A stretch of 64,000 nt of DNA, from NCBI RefSeq assembly GCF_006345805.1, contig NC_042998.1, forward strand, positions 114,700,001 to 114,764,000, written 5' to 3'. This DNA comes from Octopus sinensis (Eukaryota). The notes below the pieces were generated by a model that did not search any database, was not told where the DNA came from, and saw only the letters and a program-made list of their open reading frames with translations. Of this stretch, positions 24,824 through 40,469 are shown one piece after another. Numbering within the stretch: position 1 is the first letter of the stretch; the number at the start of each line of letters is the position of its first letter. The position numbers and the translations under genes were made by a program.

Positions 24824-24914
24824 ATGATAGATAAGGTGGGGCTGCTGGCAAGGAAGTATTTTGCACGCTGGACAAAATACTATCTGTTAGTCTCTCGGTC
24901 TGTTTGTCGGTGTC

Positions 24915-24986
<72 letters not shown>

Positions 24987-24990
24987 CCTA
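24915..24990. repeat. (CTAT)n microsatellite
   Basis: Seen directly. Confidence 0.95.
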
Positions 24991-25849
24991 TCTCATCCGA
25001 AATTGCTGACTTTGTGCCAAAGTACATACACACACACACACGCACACCTATATTTATATATATACGAAGAGAGCGAGGGTGGAGACAAAACAAACCCTGG
25101 GGAAAAGGAGAACTGATTGAGAGTAAGGCAGAAGGAGGTGGATCGCCAGCATAAGCAGCTGCAGTACAGTTATTTGGTAAGGTAAGGATCCAAGAGAAGG
25201 GAGATAAATGGTACGCATAACTGGGAAGTTTTGATCGGAGATATGTGTGACAGACAAGATCTAAGGTTTGTAGTTATACAAAGTACAACATTTCTTTAAT
25301 CGATATTCCCCGATATGTGTACTTAATGGTTTCTGCGTTAGTACAATTCCTATTTGTAAAATAGTGAATGAGTTGCAAATGTCCAGTGAAATAATGGAGA
25401 TGCAGTAGTTATTGTTGCTTAGTTCCATGTCCTCTTTGTTAACCAGGTTATCTGTGATCAAAGGCATTCCAGTTCTGTACATCATGTGCTTTATTCACAC
25501 ACTCTACTAAGGATCACATTATGCAATAAGATCGATCCATTTTTAAATAATAATGTATGATTTGAACGGTATTTGGTGGCAGTTTGTAGCAGCTTGCTCG
25601 ATCACACCGGTGTTTTTTGTTCGCTTTTCTATGTTAGAAAGGTAAGCTTGTACTTTCATTTATAAAATCGCTGCATAATCTAGTTATAAATAAATAAAAC
25701 AAAAAACAATTTTTGAAATGTACATTTGATTTCTCAGAAATATTTTCCACGTTTATCCTAACTGTTCTTCTCAGTGTGACAAGTGGCGAATGCCCTGAGT
25801 CATTTGCATCGACTGTTGAACCAACCAGAATGCGTAGCTTTTATCTCTC

Positions 25850-26205
25850 GTCTTTCAGTCATTAGACTGCAGCCATGTTGTGGCACCGCCTTAATTTTGG
25901 TCGCGCTAATCGATTTCAGTACATAATTTTTAAAAGCCTGGTATCTATTCTAGTGGTTGCTTTTGCCGAACTGTTGAGTTACGGGGGCATAACACACCGA
26001 CAGCAGTTGTCAAATGGTCGTGGGGGACATAAACACACATGCGCGCGTATATGACGGGTTTTGTTTTTACTAAAAACCACTCACAAGATCTCGTTCGGCC
26101 CGAGGCTGTAGTATAAGACACTTGCCCAAGATGCTACTCACTAAGAATGAACCCGGAACCATGTCGTTGGGAAGCAAGCTTCTTACCATATATTTACGCC
26201 TGCGC
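25850..26205 (-). mobile_element. SINE-C, diverged
   Basis: tttcagtcattagactgcagccatg..., cccgaggctgtagtataagacacttgcccaagatg...gaacccggaaccatg...gcaagcttcttacca. Confidence 0.8.
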
Positions 26206-26689
26206 TTCTTTGTGTAACTTCTTAATCGGCTTAAAGATTTAAACGATTAGGGAGAGTTAAACGATTCACATTTTTAGAAAAGGAAGACCTATTATATATA
26301 GGTAGTATAACATACGACATTCGGGAAAACCAATAAATATTGGATGATTACTTCTGATATGCCATTTATCATAAAACTACTGGACCAGAGTTAAAACTAC
26401 AACATCAGATTTCACTATATAGGGAAATAATTTCAATGCAGTCAGCTATTATGCAAGAAACAGCAGTGAAATATGCTGAAAACAACTTACTACTGTCTTT
26501 CAAAAGAACATATAACTGACAAGTGGGAAAACTGCATAGAGTTAACTTCCTTTTGGGGCTCGGGGAATTTATTGTAGAAACTTTTTAGTTGAACAAATTC
26601 TCCAGGACAAAAGCAAAACATTACAAAATCGCTGAGACTGACGGAAAACAGCATAAACGTTTATTATAATCAGAGTTGTAGTAGTCACT

Positions 26690-30120
<3,431 letters not shown>

Positions 30121-30684
30121 AGCGAGATTTCACTTTCGCTTTAATTGTAAGAGCATGACTGCAAATTGAGATGGCTCCGAGGAGACGTTTAAGCAAGAAA
30201 TGACAGCCAAATATCATTAGTGAATATCAATTAAATTTTCTCACTTCCTTTCTTTAAATCTTCTCTCTCTCTCTTTCTCTCTCTTACATTTATTTCCTTT
30301 CTTTCTGTCATTCTTCTCATTTTCGCGCTCTGTTACTTCCTTTCTGTTTTCTTTCTGTCTGTCTTTATTTTCTTCCTCTTTTCAATTTTCATATATTTCG
30401 CTAGTCATGTCGTTTTCCTTCACCTTATAGTTTCCGACTACTTCTTAACTATCCTCTACCAGCACCTCTTCCTCTTCTTTATCATCATCATCATCATCAT
30501 CATTTCTTCCAACTTTATATACTTTCAATAAATACAAAACACGACAGGGCGTTAGGTTCACTGTTCGTCCTAAAGCCGTGTAGTCTTTTTTTCTTAATTC
30601 ATTGTTTATTGTATTAATTATTCAGTTACTCAGATTGTTACTTAACCAGTTCGTAGCATTGCAGCATTGTCAAACAATTATGAA

Positions 30685-30871
30685 ATGTGCTTTAAATTCA
30701 CAAACCCCGAATTCGTTCCCCATTGCTTGGCAACTTAGGCAGGTGAGATTTTCTATTACCTCGGTTCGATCAAATCTTTTGAGAGAAATTGCGTAGGTAG
30801 ACACTTTTTGAAAGTTTGTTGCTTAAATTGTATCTGTAACTTAAAAATCATCCATATTCGTCAGACACTAT
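30685..30871. repeat. Left arm of a diverged inverted repeat of about 185 bp
   Basis: Reverse complement aligns with 32112-32294 (e.g. gagagaaattgcgtag(g/a)(t/c)agacactttttgaaa; gtatctgtaacttaaaaatc). Confidence 0.85.
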
Positions 30872-31327
30872 GTCACACTGGTTCTGCAACGAAATTAATT
30901 TAGGTTTACACTTTTCTTTAGAATGGTCGTTCATATCTAAGGTGACAGTGATCTATTTATTTATTTTTTCTTTTTAATCAAGTTGCTCACACTTACACTT
31001 ATGAAAATTTCTGTAGCCTAATTTAGTTACATTTAAATTTGTGATTACTACAATTAGCTATAAGCTACCGTTGATTCTATGGTCGGAAATGTAAGTATGC
31101 ACTCTCTGATGAAGCGAAAGAAAGATTGAAACGAGTGAGGTAGTTTCTGCTTTTCTGGTCGCTGAGAAAGAAAAATGTGCTTTTTTTATCATGGCTTCAA
31201 AATAGAATAAGTGACACATAAACGACAATCACCTGTGTACATAACCAATTCCTTTCAGAAAGAGAAAGAGAGAACGAGAGAGTGAAAGAGAAAGGGGGAG
31301 TGGAGGAGGACGGGGAGAGAAAGGTAG

Positions 31328-31897
<570 letters not shown>

Positions 31898-32111
31898 GTG
31901 GCTCAATGCTTAACTTCACACAACAGCCAGTAACAAGCCTTGATGTTTAACATGTTTTGGTAATCTATATCTTTAATTATTTCCCAACCCATCGAGCGTA
32001 CTAAGTTATTGGCAAGTTCTTTACCAGCTGACAGTGCTACTTTATTTTGAATCATTTCTTTAGAATCGTTGTTTACACCGTATACGGTGGGATCTGGAAA
32101 GAATATTTGCA

Positions 32112-32294
32112 TACAGTGCCTGACAAATATGGATTTTTAAGTTACAGATACAGTCCATACGACAAATTTTCAAAAAGTGTCTGTCTACGCAATTTCTCTC
32201 AAAAGCTTTGATCGACGTGAGGTAATAGAAAGTCTCACTTGCCCAAGTTGCCAGGCAATAGGAGCGAATTTGGGGTTTGTACTCTAAAGCACAT
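32112..32294. repeat. Right arm of the inverted repeat; starts ta-cagtgcctgacaaa (Tc1-like end)
   Basis: Aligns with the reverse complement of 30685-30871. Confidence 0.85.
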
Positions 32295-33419
32295 AATGCA
32301 AACGAATATTTGCATATTCTTAATACGTCTAGGCAGGTTCAGACATAAAATATGCAAATACCTGTAATGTACGTCTCGTTTTTATGATTATTGTGTATTC
32401 AACACACCTAGCCCGTCAGTACAGAGGATTCTGGGACGCCGGTATTTCGACGTGTATCTCATCAACCAAAAGTATCCCGGACCTTTCAGTCTAGTCAAGA
32501 ATCTGGCGTTTGTTTCTACTTTCAGAGAACAAAATGTTTGTCGATCGGTGCTTATATCTGCCAGTTGACATAAAAACCATGATCGCGCCATGCACAAAGA
32601 GATCAGGGACGAATATTTGCATATTCATTTATTTATTTAATTCGTTTTTTAGTTTGGTTTGTAAGATTCTTTATATGAGTTCGTATGTTGAAGCATATTC
32701 TGTTGTGTCTGGCGAGAGTCAGTTTCTTTTTATACCTTATAATGTAACACACTCACCGGTAAATAAGTGAAAATTTTACAAAAAGAAAATGACTCTCCCC
32801 AGACGCAACAGAATATTTATTTATTTATATTTATTTTCAATAATAAAAATAGTTTAGGAAACTCTTCTTGTTATTGAAACAGTCTGTTTGCGGTTGCGTT
32901 TAACCAAAGTTGAAACAATATCAATCGCTCTGAGAACTAGACTTCTGGAACAGACAAAAGAATGCCACAAATAAATACTCTTCACAAACGATCTTGCAAC
33001 TACTTCCTCCATAAGGTATTTAAAATATAATCCTGATGCTTAGACCGTTACTTGCAAGTTTCAAGTCAAACCCAACCTAACCATGTATTAATGTCCCCTT
33101 TTATCAAACAGCTTAATAAAATTAAACAGATTAATAAGAATAAACTTCTTGGCTGATTGGCTAGCATTAACAGCCAAATCTTCTTGAATCAAATTATATC
33201 TTTAAAAAGGTCTAAGATACTATATTACTGAACCTGGACAAAGAAAGAAACGGTATGATGCTTGCTGGAAAACTTTTGAGAACAATACATGATAAAATAA
33301 GTAGAAGAATTCGTTAATCATAAACTGTGAAGAATAATCGCTTGATCCATCAGTCAATCAATCAATCCACCTCTTCATAAATATCAGTTCATCCACGTAC
33401 ATATCTTTGCATACATATA

Positions 33420-33623
33420 ATTCTTTCTATTGAAGGCATAAGGCCTTGAAATTTTGGGGGTTGGGTCTAGTCGATTACATCGACCCCTATTATCCCAATC
33501 GACCCCGAAAGGATAAACGGTAAAATCAACCTCGGTGGAATTTGAACTCAGAACATAGCGACGGGCGAAATACTGCAAAGCATACCGGCCAGCGTGCTAA
33601 CGATACTGCCAGCTTGCCGCCTT
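33420..33623 (-). mobile_element. SINE-A
   Basis: ggcataaggccttgaaattttggggg...cctcggtggaatttgaactcagaacatagcgacgggcgaaatac...gccgcctt. Confidence 0.88.
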
Positions 33624-34139
33624 TATGCATACATATTATAGCACGTGTACAACCACCATATATATATGAAAAATAATACATAGACTAATGCACACACACA
33701 ACACATGTATACATGTCTTTTCATTGTTTTATATATGTGTATATGATGTCTGCAAACTTTCGAGCATGAGTTTTAAACACATTTTGTGACTTGTTCTTCT
33801 ACGTACATATTTTTACATTTATTGCAGAGTGTCACTTCTATTAATATATTAATTAGTTTATGCATACATAAATGAACACATACATGCTTACAAACATAGA
33901 CATGTACATCCATATGTAGATATTTGTATGTATATATATTGTATGATATTCTATCATATATATATCACAAGGTGAATACGATTCAGGGAATATCTAAGCT
34001 GATGTCTTCGTTTCGTTTACCCATTATCTCTTTACAAACTTCTTCACACTACATAATCTGGAAGTTATACTCTTTAATTGTTTAATTTGACTAGTATTCA
34101 TACATCGGATATATTAGTTGCAGAGTAAAAATTTCGTTT

Positions 34140-34179
<40 letters not shown>

Positions 34180-34809
34180 TCTTTCTTAATATCATTTTTT
34201 TGTTCCTTCTCACCTTGTGCTAAACGATATTTGTAGTTCTAGTGTGATACAACGGTTCCGATTATTGGATGAATACCAATTCTCTATTAACAGAGGATGT
34301 TTTAAATAGGTGGGAAGTGTGTGCTCCTCTTAGAAAGAAAGCGTTGGATTCAGAGGATAATAGAGGTGAAGAAAATTGAACTAAATATGAATGTTAATTA
34401 AATCAATACACCGTCGTTGTGAACTCGTAAATTCTCACATATCTCCCCATCAAATGCAATCTCTGTTTTCTTCAATTTACGTGTGTATCTTTTATCAATG
34501 GATAATTTTTTTTGTCGTGTGAATATACAGAGAGAGACTTGTGTGTACACAAGTGTATATATTTTATTTTACATAATTACATTTAGTATAACAATTTGTC
34601 TATATGTTTTTTTATGCGTGTACCTACTGTATTAAATGTTTGTCATTATATACATTTGTATGCGGATATAAATTAGGGGCAAAATATGCGTGTATGGTAT
34701 CACCCTCTTACACATATATATTCCTTGATAGGCATATTATCGTTATCTCAAATTAATATGCATTTTGGTTGTTCTACATGTGTGAATACAAGAATACTTC
34801 TGTTTGCTA

Positions 34810-34912
34810 ACACGCACACACACACATACATGCGCACACACATATAAATACATAAGTATATATATTATATATTATATATATATGTGTGTGTATGTGTGTG
34901 TGTGTCTGTGAG

Positions 34913-34972
<60 letters not shown>

Positions 34973-35103
34973 CTATCTATATACACATACAAATATACAC
35001 ACGCACACATATATACATAAGTATATATACGTGTATACATATATATGCAAATACATACACAGACATAAAAATATAGATATATTTCCATAGCTAAGCATAC
35101 GCA

Positions 35104-35134
<31 letters not shown>

Positions 35135-35300
35135 GTATGCGAGCATATGCGCGTAGGTTTGCGTGTTTATGTGTACACACAAATTTGCACACAAGCACGC
35201 AGGCACACCACGTACACACACACGCACTCACACATACACACACACAAAAACACATGAATGTGTGTGTATGTGTGTGTTTGTGGATATGTGTACTTGTGTG
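34810..35300. repeat. (TA)n/(CA)n/(ACAT)n microsatellites
   Basis: Seen directly. Confidence 0.9.
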
Positions 35301-35786
35301 CACGCCTGTATATGGACGTGCACATTTCTTAGAGTGAGCGAGTGTTAAATTTTGTGTGATTGGGTACAGAGTGTTTGAAGTATTTTCCAATAATCGTCTC
35401 GAAATTTCATCAGATGTGTTTCCGTTGTCTTAATATAAGATTCAGCTGCAAACGGCTGAGATTTTTTTCGTTCTTTTTACTTGGTCTGTAAGAATAATGA
35501 AAGTAGAAGGTGTGAGAAGACGACGATGCAATAATCTAAGTCCCACACAGATTATTAATAGTATGGCAGTGAGGAACTTGTTATATTTCACCTCAGTTTC
35601 ATTGATTGTTGATATCAACACGAGCAAACCAATAATTATTTTGATTTAGAATGAGATTGCCAAAGATGAAATCTTGACGAAAGAAGTCAGATCGGGGAAA
35701 GATAAAACACATGTAGGCACACACTAGCAACACAACGAGACACATACACACACAAATATCTATTAGCTCTCCTTCATGCACACTAG

Positions 35787-35885
35787 AGGTTAGGGTGTTG
35801 CATTCACGATCACGAGATTGTGGTTTCGATTCACTGACCGGGCGATGTGCTTTGTTCTTGAGAAAAACACTTCATTTTATGTTAA
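35787..35885 (+). mobile_element. SINE-B head fragment
   Basis: ggttagggtgttg...cacgatc...ggtttcgattc...gttcttgagaaaaacacttcatttt. Confidence 0.6.
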
Positions 35886-36101
35886 TCCCATATCCTTTCA
35901 ACATCTCAGATGTAGCACATTTATGCACCTCTACTGGCAATGTCATCAATTTGATGGATAGAGCTAGCGTATGTGCAACACAAAAATTTGCTCCCTATAC
36001 ACAAATGTATCTTTGTGAAATATTTACTACGGAATTGCAGATCCTTCGGCTCTCTTTTAACAGTGTGAGAGTCCATAATATATATATCTTTATAAGAAAT
36101 A

Positions 36102-36318
36102 TATTGATTTCAAATTTTGGCACAAGACATCAATTTCGGAGGAGTGGGTAAGTCGATTACGTCGACCCCATTGCTCAACTAGGGCTTATTTTACCGACTC
36201 CGAAAGTATGAAAGTCGAAGTCGACATCGGCGAAAATTGAACTCAGAGCGTGAGGACAGACGGAACGCGGCTAAGCATTTTGCCAGACGTGCTAATGATT
36301 CTGCCAGCTCGCTGCCTT
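36102..36318 (-). mobile_element. SINE-A
   Basis: ttcaaattttggcacaag...gaaaattgaactcagagcg...ctgccagctcgctgcctt. Confidence 0.85.
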
Positions 36319-37361
36319 CCTCAGAGAAAACTATTACAATTATTCAGTTTATTGAACAGTTAAAAGGTACCAAAATGGGCTGATGGATGAAAGCTTGCGG
36401 TATTAGTTCCGGTACATTGTTTTCTGAGTTCAAATCCACTGATGTCACATTTGAATTTCATTATGCGATGATTTATAAATAAAGTGCTACTCAAGTGCTA
36501 GGGTAGATTATTCTGTCACCCTTTCTTTTGTTGATTGTACCTGTTCTTCAAAGGCGCAACTTTGTCATAGAATATCATACTTTGTCATAGTATGTTCTGG
36601 GTAATGAGTTGTGAACACGTATCTCTTACATATAAATTTTAGTAGTAGAAATTCTCCAAGTCGAACAACTGATGGTTTACCGCCGAGACCGACGGAAATC
36701 CATCAGAAAATCCAGTTATACATTTAGTACTACGTGCTCTATATCCTTACTGTCTTAAAAATAAGAATTTAAGAGGGGATTTGATGAACACAAATGGTTT
36801 AATTACACAATAAATGTCAGCAATCATACAATGATATCAAGAACTGATTTTAGCACAAGGTCAATAACATACAGAGGAGAGATGCGGCCGACTGTATATG
36901 ATATATATAACTGACGCTTATTTTATCAACTTCCGAGTGATAAAAGCCATGTTGAATATGGCGCGATTTGATCATAGAAATTTAAGCACATAACTACATA
37001 CTTGGCGAGAGATTTCTTTCGACAGTCTACTATAAGTATCAGTCCATCTTCCTCTGCGAAGATTGACTGCTAATTTTAGAAGAATGTGACACAATTTTGA
37101 TTCAAAGAGTAGGTGATTAAATCTATTCTAGTATTTGTGGCATTTGAGACATGGAAACAAATTCGAATACATTGATACTGTATCCTGTAAAAGAGTGATT
37201 CAATAAATATCACTAATTATTCAGTGCAGCGCCTTGGAGTTTCTAATATATCATTGTAATAGTTTGTTCTTGAATTAAAATTCTAATAACATTTTCCTCA
37301 CAGCATTTTATGCTGAGAATCATTTCACTGAAACTGTTCCTTGACCAGAATTAATTATAAT

Positions 37362-37788
37362 GTATTGGTTTCAAATTATGGCACAAGGCCAGCAATTTCG
37401 AGGGAAGGTGTGAATTAATTACACCGACCCCAGTGTTGAATCGGTACTTATATTATCGATTCCGAAAGGATGAAAGGCAAAGTCGACCCCTGCAGAATTT
37501 GAACTCAGAACGTAAAGACGAACGAAATGCCGTTAAACCTTTTGCCCGGTGTGCTAACGGTTCTGCTTTCAGAATTAACTCTAATCTTTTCTACTCTATG
37601 CACAAGGCCCGATATTTTGGGGCTGGGGGATAGTCGATTAGCTCGAAGCAAGTACGCAACTGGTACTTAATTTATCGACCCCGAAGGGATAAAAGGCAAA
37701 GTCGACCTCGGCGGAAATTGAACTCAGAACGTAACGGCAGACGAAATACCGCTAAGCATTTCGCCTGATGTGCTAACGTTTCTGCCTT
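37362..37788 (-). mobile_element. Two SINE-A copies of different tail subtypes in tandem
   Basis: 37362-37569 (tail ttggtttcaaattatggcacaag) and 37586-37788 (tail cttttctactctatgcacaag); 16-mer cagaattaa(t/c)tntaat at 37346, 37570 and 37789. Confidence 0.9.
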
Positions 37789-38029
37789 CAGAATTAACTG
37801 TAATACGTGCCCATGATAAGTTTATTATGGGCATAATTTTAATTACTAGGTGCAGTTGAAAAAGTTGAAAATTCGAAAGCGGAGAATTTCACCTCATAGC
37901 CATGCTGTCACGGTTTCCACATGACTAGGCATCATCTTGACCAAATGTAATTTTCTGTAGCCTATGATCTGACAATATTTTGAGCGTAAAATTAGAGGGG
38001 CGGGGAACTTTAATTCACTGTATTATTAA

Positions 38030-38350
38030 AGACTCCGCCGGTAACGACGACGAGGGTTCCGGTGATCCGATCAACGGAACAGCTTGCTCGTGAAATTAAC
38101 GTGCAAATGGCTGAGCATTCCACAGACACGTGTACCCTTAACGTAGTTCTCGGGGATAATCAGCGTGACACAGAGAGTGACAAGGCTGACCCTTGGAAAT
38201 ACAAGTACAACTCATTTTTGCCAGCTGAGTGGACTGGAGCAACGTGAAATAAAGTGTCTTGCTCAAGGACACAACGCGTCGCCGGGAATCGAACTCACAA
38301 CCTTACGATCATGAGCCGAATGCCCTAACCACTAAGCTACGCGCCCTCAC
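38030..38350 (-). mobile_element. SINE-B, tail variant 2, with 11 bp TSD
   Basis: Full-length; cactgtattat at 38016-38026 and 38351-38361. Confidence 0.93.
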
Positions 38351-38634
38351 CACTGTATTATACATTGAGTTGATTCTGCCGCAATACTAGGCAGAGGGTA
38401 CTCACGTCTGGAATATTCAGTCAGTTACACGCAGTTACAGAATAGGTGATACAGATAATTCAACATTTGAATAACGCAGACTCACTCATCCATAAGGTTC
38501 TTAATATCATTCTCTGTCAGTATCATATTGTACACTTCTTTTAACCACTATATTAGGCCAAGAATTTGCCGGAGTTTCCAAATATAAAGGTAGACGTTTA
38601 ACATTGTCCCTCTACGCTGCTATTATTGTAGTTG

Positions 38635-39226
38635 TTATTATTATTATTATTATTTTTATTATTTTATGTTTGACTTTTGCTTTAAATTTGTACAAGTTGG
38701 CTCCAAGTCTCACCCAGAGACCCCAAAGACAACAAGTTGGAAGTTCATGTTGGTGTTATGCCTAGGGTGCCATATATTTGGTTTTGTACATAGTGTTGTT
38801 CTAGAGAATGTTTAAGAGACCATAAGAAAATTATTTTGTTTTAAAACTTAAGATTACATAGAAAGTATTTTACGTAGGATATGAGCAGTTCCCATTAGCA
38901 CTATCTTTTGAATTTTTGCAATTTTGGGGTTTCCTGGTGTCTGAGCTAGGTAGCAATAAGCCCCTTTTGCTATCATTCCCAGGGCACCTATGACAACAGG
39001 TATTGTTTTAGTCTTCAGGTTCCACATTTTGCTAATTTCTATTTGAAGATCTTTATATTTGCTCAGTTTTTGGTAGGTCTTCACAGATACGTTTATATCG
39101 ATTGGGATAGTCATATCAATGAGGAGGCATGGTTTTTGTCTGAAGTCTTTCAATATGATGTCCGGCCTACTCGCATCTATTTTTCCGTCCGTTTGAATGG
39201 TGAAGTTCCAGAGGAGTGAGATGTGA
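38635..39226 (-). mobile_element. R4/Dong-like LINE 3' end: REL endonuclease + 3' UTR + (TAA)n
   Basis: Open frame LLWNFTIQTD...RPDIILKD...LLIDMTIP...KYKDLQIEISKMW...VVIGALG...LMGTAHILRK* (PD-(D/E)xK type), stop at 38854; 5'-truncated at the microsatellite. Confidence 0.88.
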
Positions 39227-39403
39227 TTCTTCTTCTTCTTCTTCTTCTTCTTCTTCTTCTCTTCTTCTTCTTCTTCTTCTTCTTCTTCTTCTTCTTCTTC
39301 TTCTTCTTCTTTTTCTTCTCTTCCTTCTCTTCCTCTTCCTTCCTCTTCCTGTTCCTGTTCCTCTTGCAATTTTCTTCTTCTTCTTCTTTTTCTTCTTCTT
39401 CTT

Positions 39404-39434
<31 letters not shown>

Positions 39435-39455
39435 TTATTATTATTATTATTATTA
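39227..39455. repeat. (TTC)n / (TTA)n compound microsatellite
   Basis: Seen directly. Confidence 0.95.
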
Positions 39456-39609
39456 TGTTGTCTCAATGGTCTTGTGGGTAAAAACATGGACACATGTCAT
39501 ATATCCCTTGGACAAAGATTCAATCCTTGTAAAAGAATTCAGTGATCTTTCAGTGGTGGTGCCCCAGCATGGACGCGGCCTTCGGGCTAAAACATTTTAA
39601 AGGATTTTA

Positions 39610-39960
39610 AGGATTTATTATTGACGGGTGAGGAGAGAAGTGTTGCCTTGTAGCAAATTTATTGAAAAGTGGATGAATTTTGGAAGAATGGCCCGTGTAA
39701 AAAGAACAATTCTGAGCGTGCACTTGTAAAAAAAAAGGAAACGGGCTCTTGCCCTGTTGTTCAGGGCCCCGTGGCTTTTGTGGGTTTTCCACCAGGACCT
39801 TAAAGCGCCTTCCCTATTGGGAGTTTTAATTTGTTCAATTTTTATTATTACATTGTGTACACGCGAAAACCCATAGTACCGTCCTGTTTTTGTCTTTTAT
39901 GTTGTATGTCATTCAATGTTGTGTATGTGATCCCTTGTGTATAATGAAATAATAAATCAT
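39610..39960 (+). mobile_element. Possible L1/Tx1-type LINE 3' end
   Basis: Short peptide KFIEKWMNFGRMARVKRTILSVHL* followed by a UTR ending aataataaat and (att)n; assignment rests on general resemblance only. Confidence 0.35.
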
Positions 39961-39965
39961 TATTA

Positions 39966-40007
<42 letters not shown>

Positions 40008-40008
<1 letters not shown>

Positions 40009-40338
40009 TCTTTTACTTGTTTCAGTCATTTGACTGCGGCCATACTGGAGCACCGCCTTTAGTCGAGCAAATCGTATTTATTCTATAGGTTCTTTTGCTG
40101 AACTACTAAGTTACGGTGACGTAAACACACCAGCATCGGTTGTCAAGCGATGCTGGGGAGACAAACAGACACATATACACATATATATAATATACATATA
40201 TACGACGGGCTTCTTTCAGTTTCCGTCTACCAAATCCACTCACAAAGCTTTGGGCGGTCCGAGGCTATAGAAGAAAGACACTTGCCCAAGATGTCACGCA
40301 GTGGGACTGAACCCGGAGCCATGTGGTTGGTAAGCAAG

Positions 40339-40340
<2 letters not shown>
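40008..40340 (-). mobile_element. SINE-C, 5'-truncated at a (TAC)n tract, copy in unit 1
   Basis: ttgtttcagtcatttgactgcggcc...gacacttgcccaagatgtcacgcagtgggactgaacccggagccatgtggttggtaagcaag. Confidence 0.9.
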
Positions 40341-40369
<29 letters not shown>

Positions 40370-40469
40370 AACTGCTGTTGTTGCTATTATTATTATTATT
40401 ACTATTATTATTATTGTTGTTATTATTGTTATTATTATTATTATTACTACCATTATTATTATTATTATT

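Noticed and set aside
25261-25485. 74 aa ORF containing THIGEYRLK, faintly like a GIY-YIG second motif
   Set aside because: No first (GIY/IY) motif at the right spacing and no linked RT.
31100-31138. CTGATGA...GAAAC spacing like a hammerhead
   Set aside because: The intervening sequence does not form helix II and there is no UH cleavage site.
31903-32597. Two short minus-strand ORFs (69 aa each) as possible host exons or transposase
   Set aside because: No motif recognised, flanking frames contain stops, and they overlap the rearranged repeat block.
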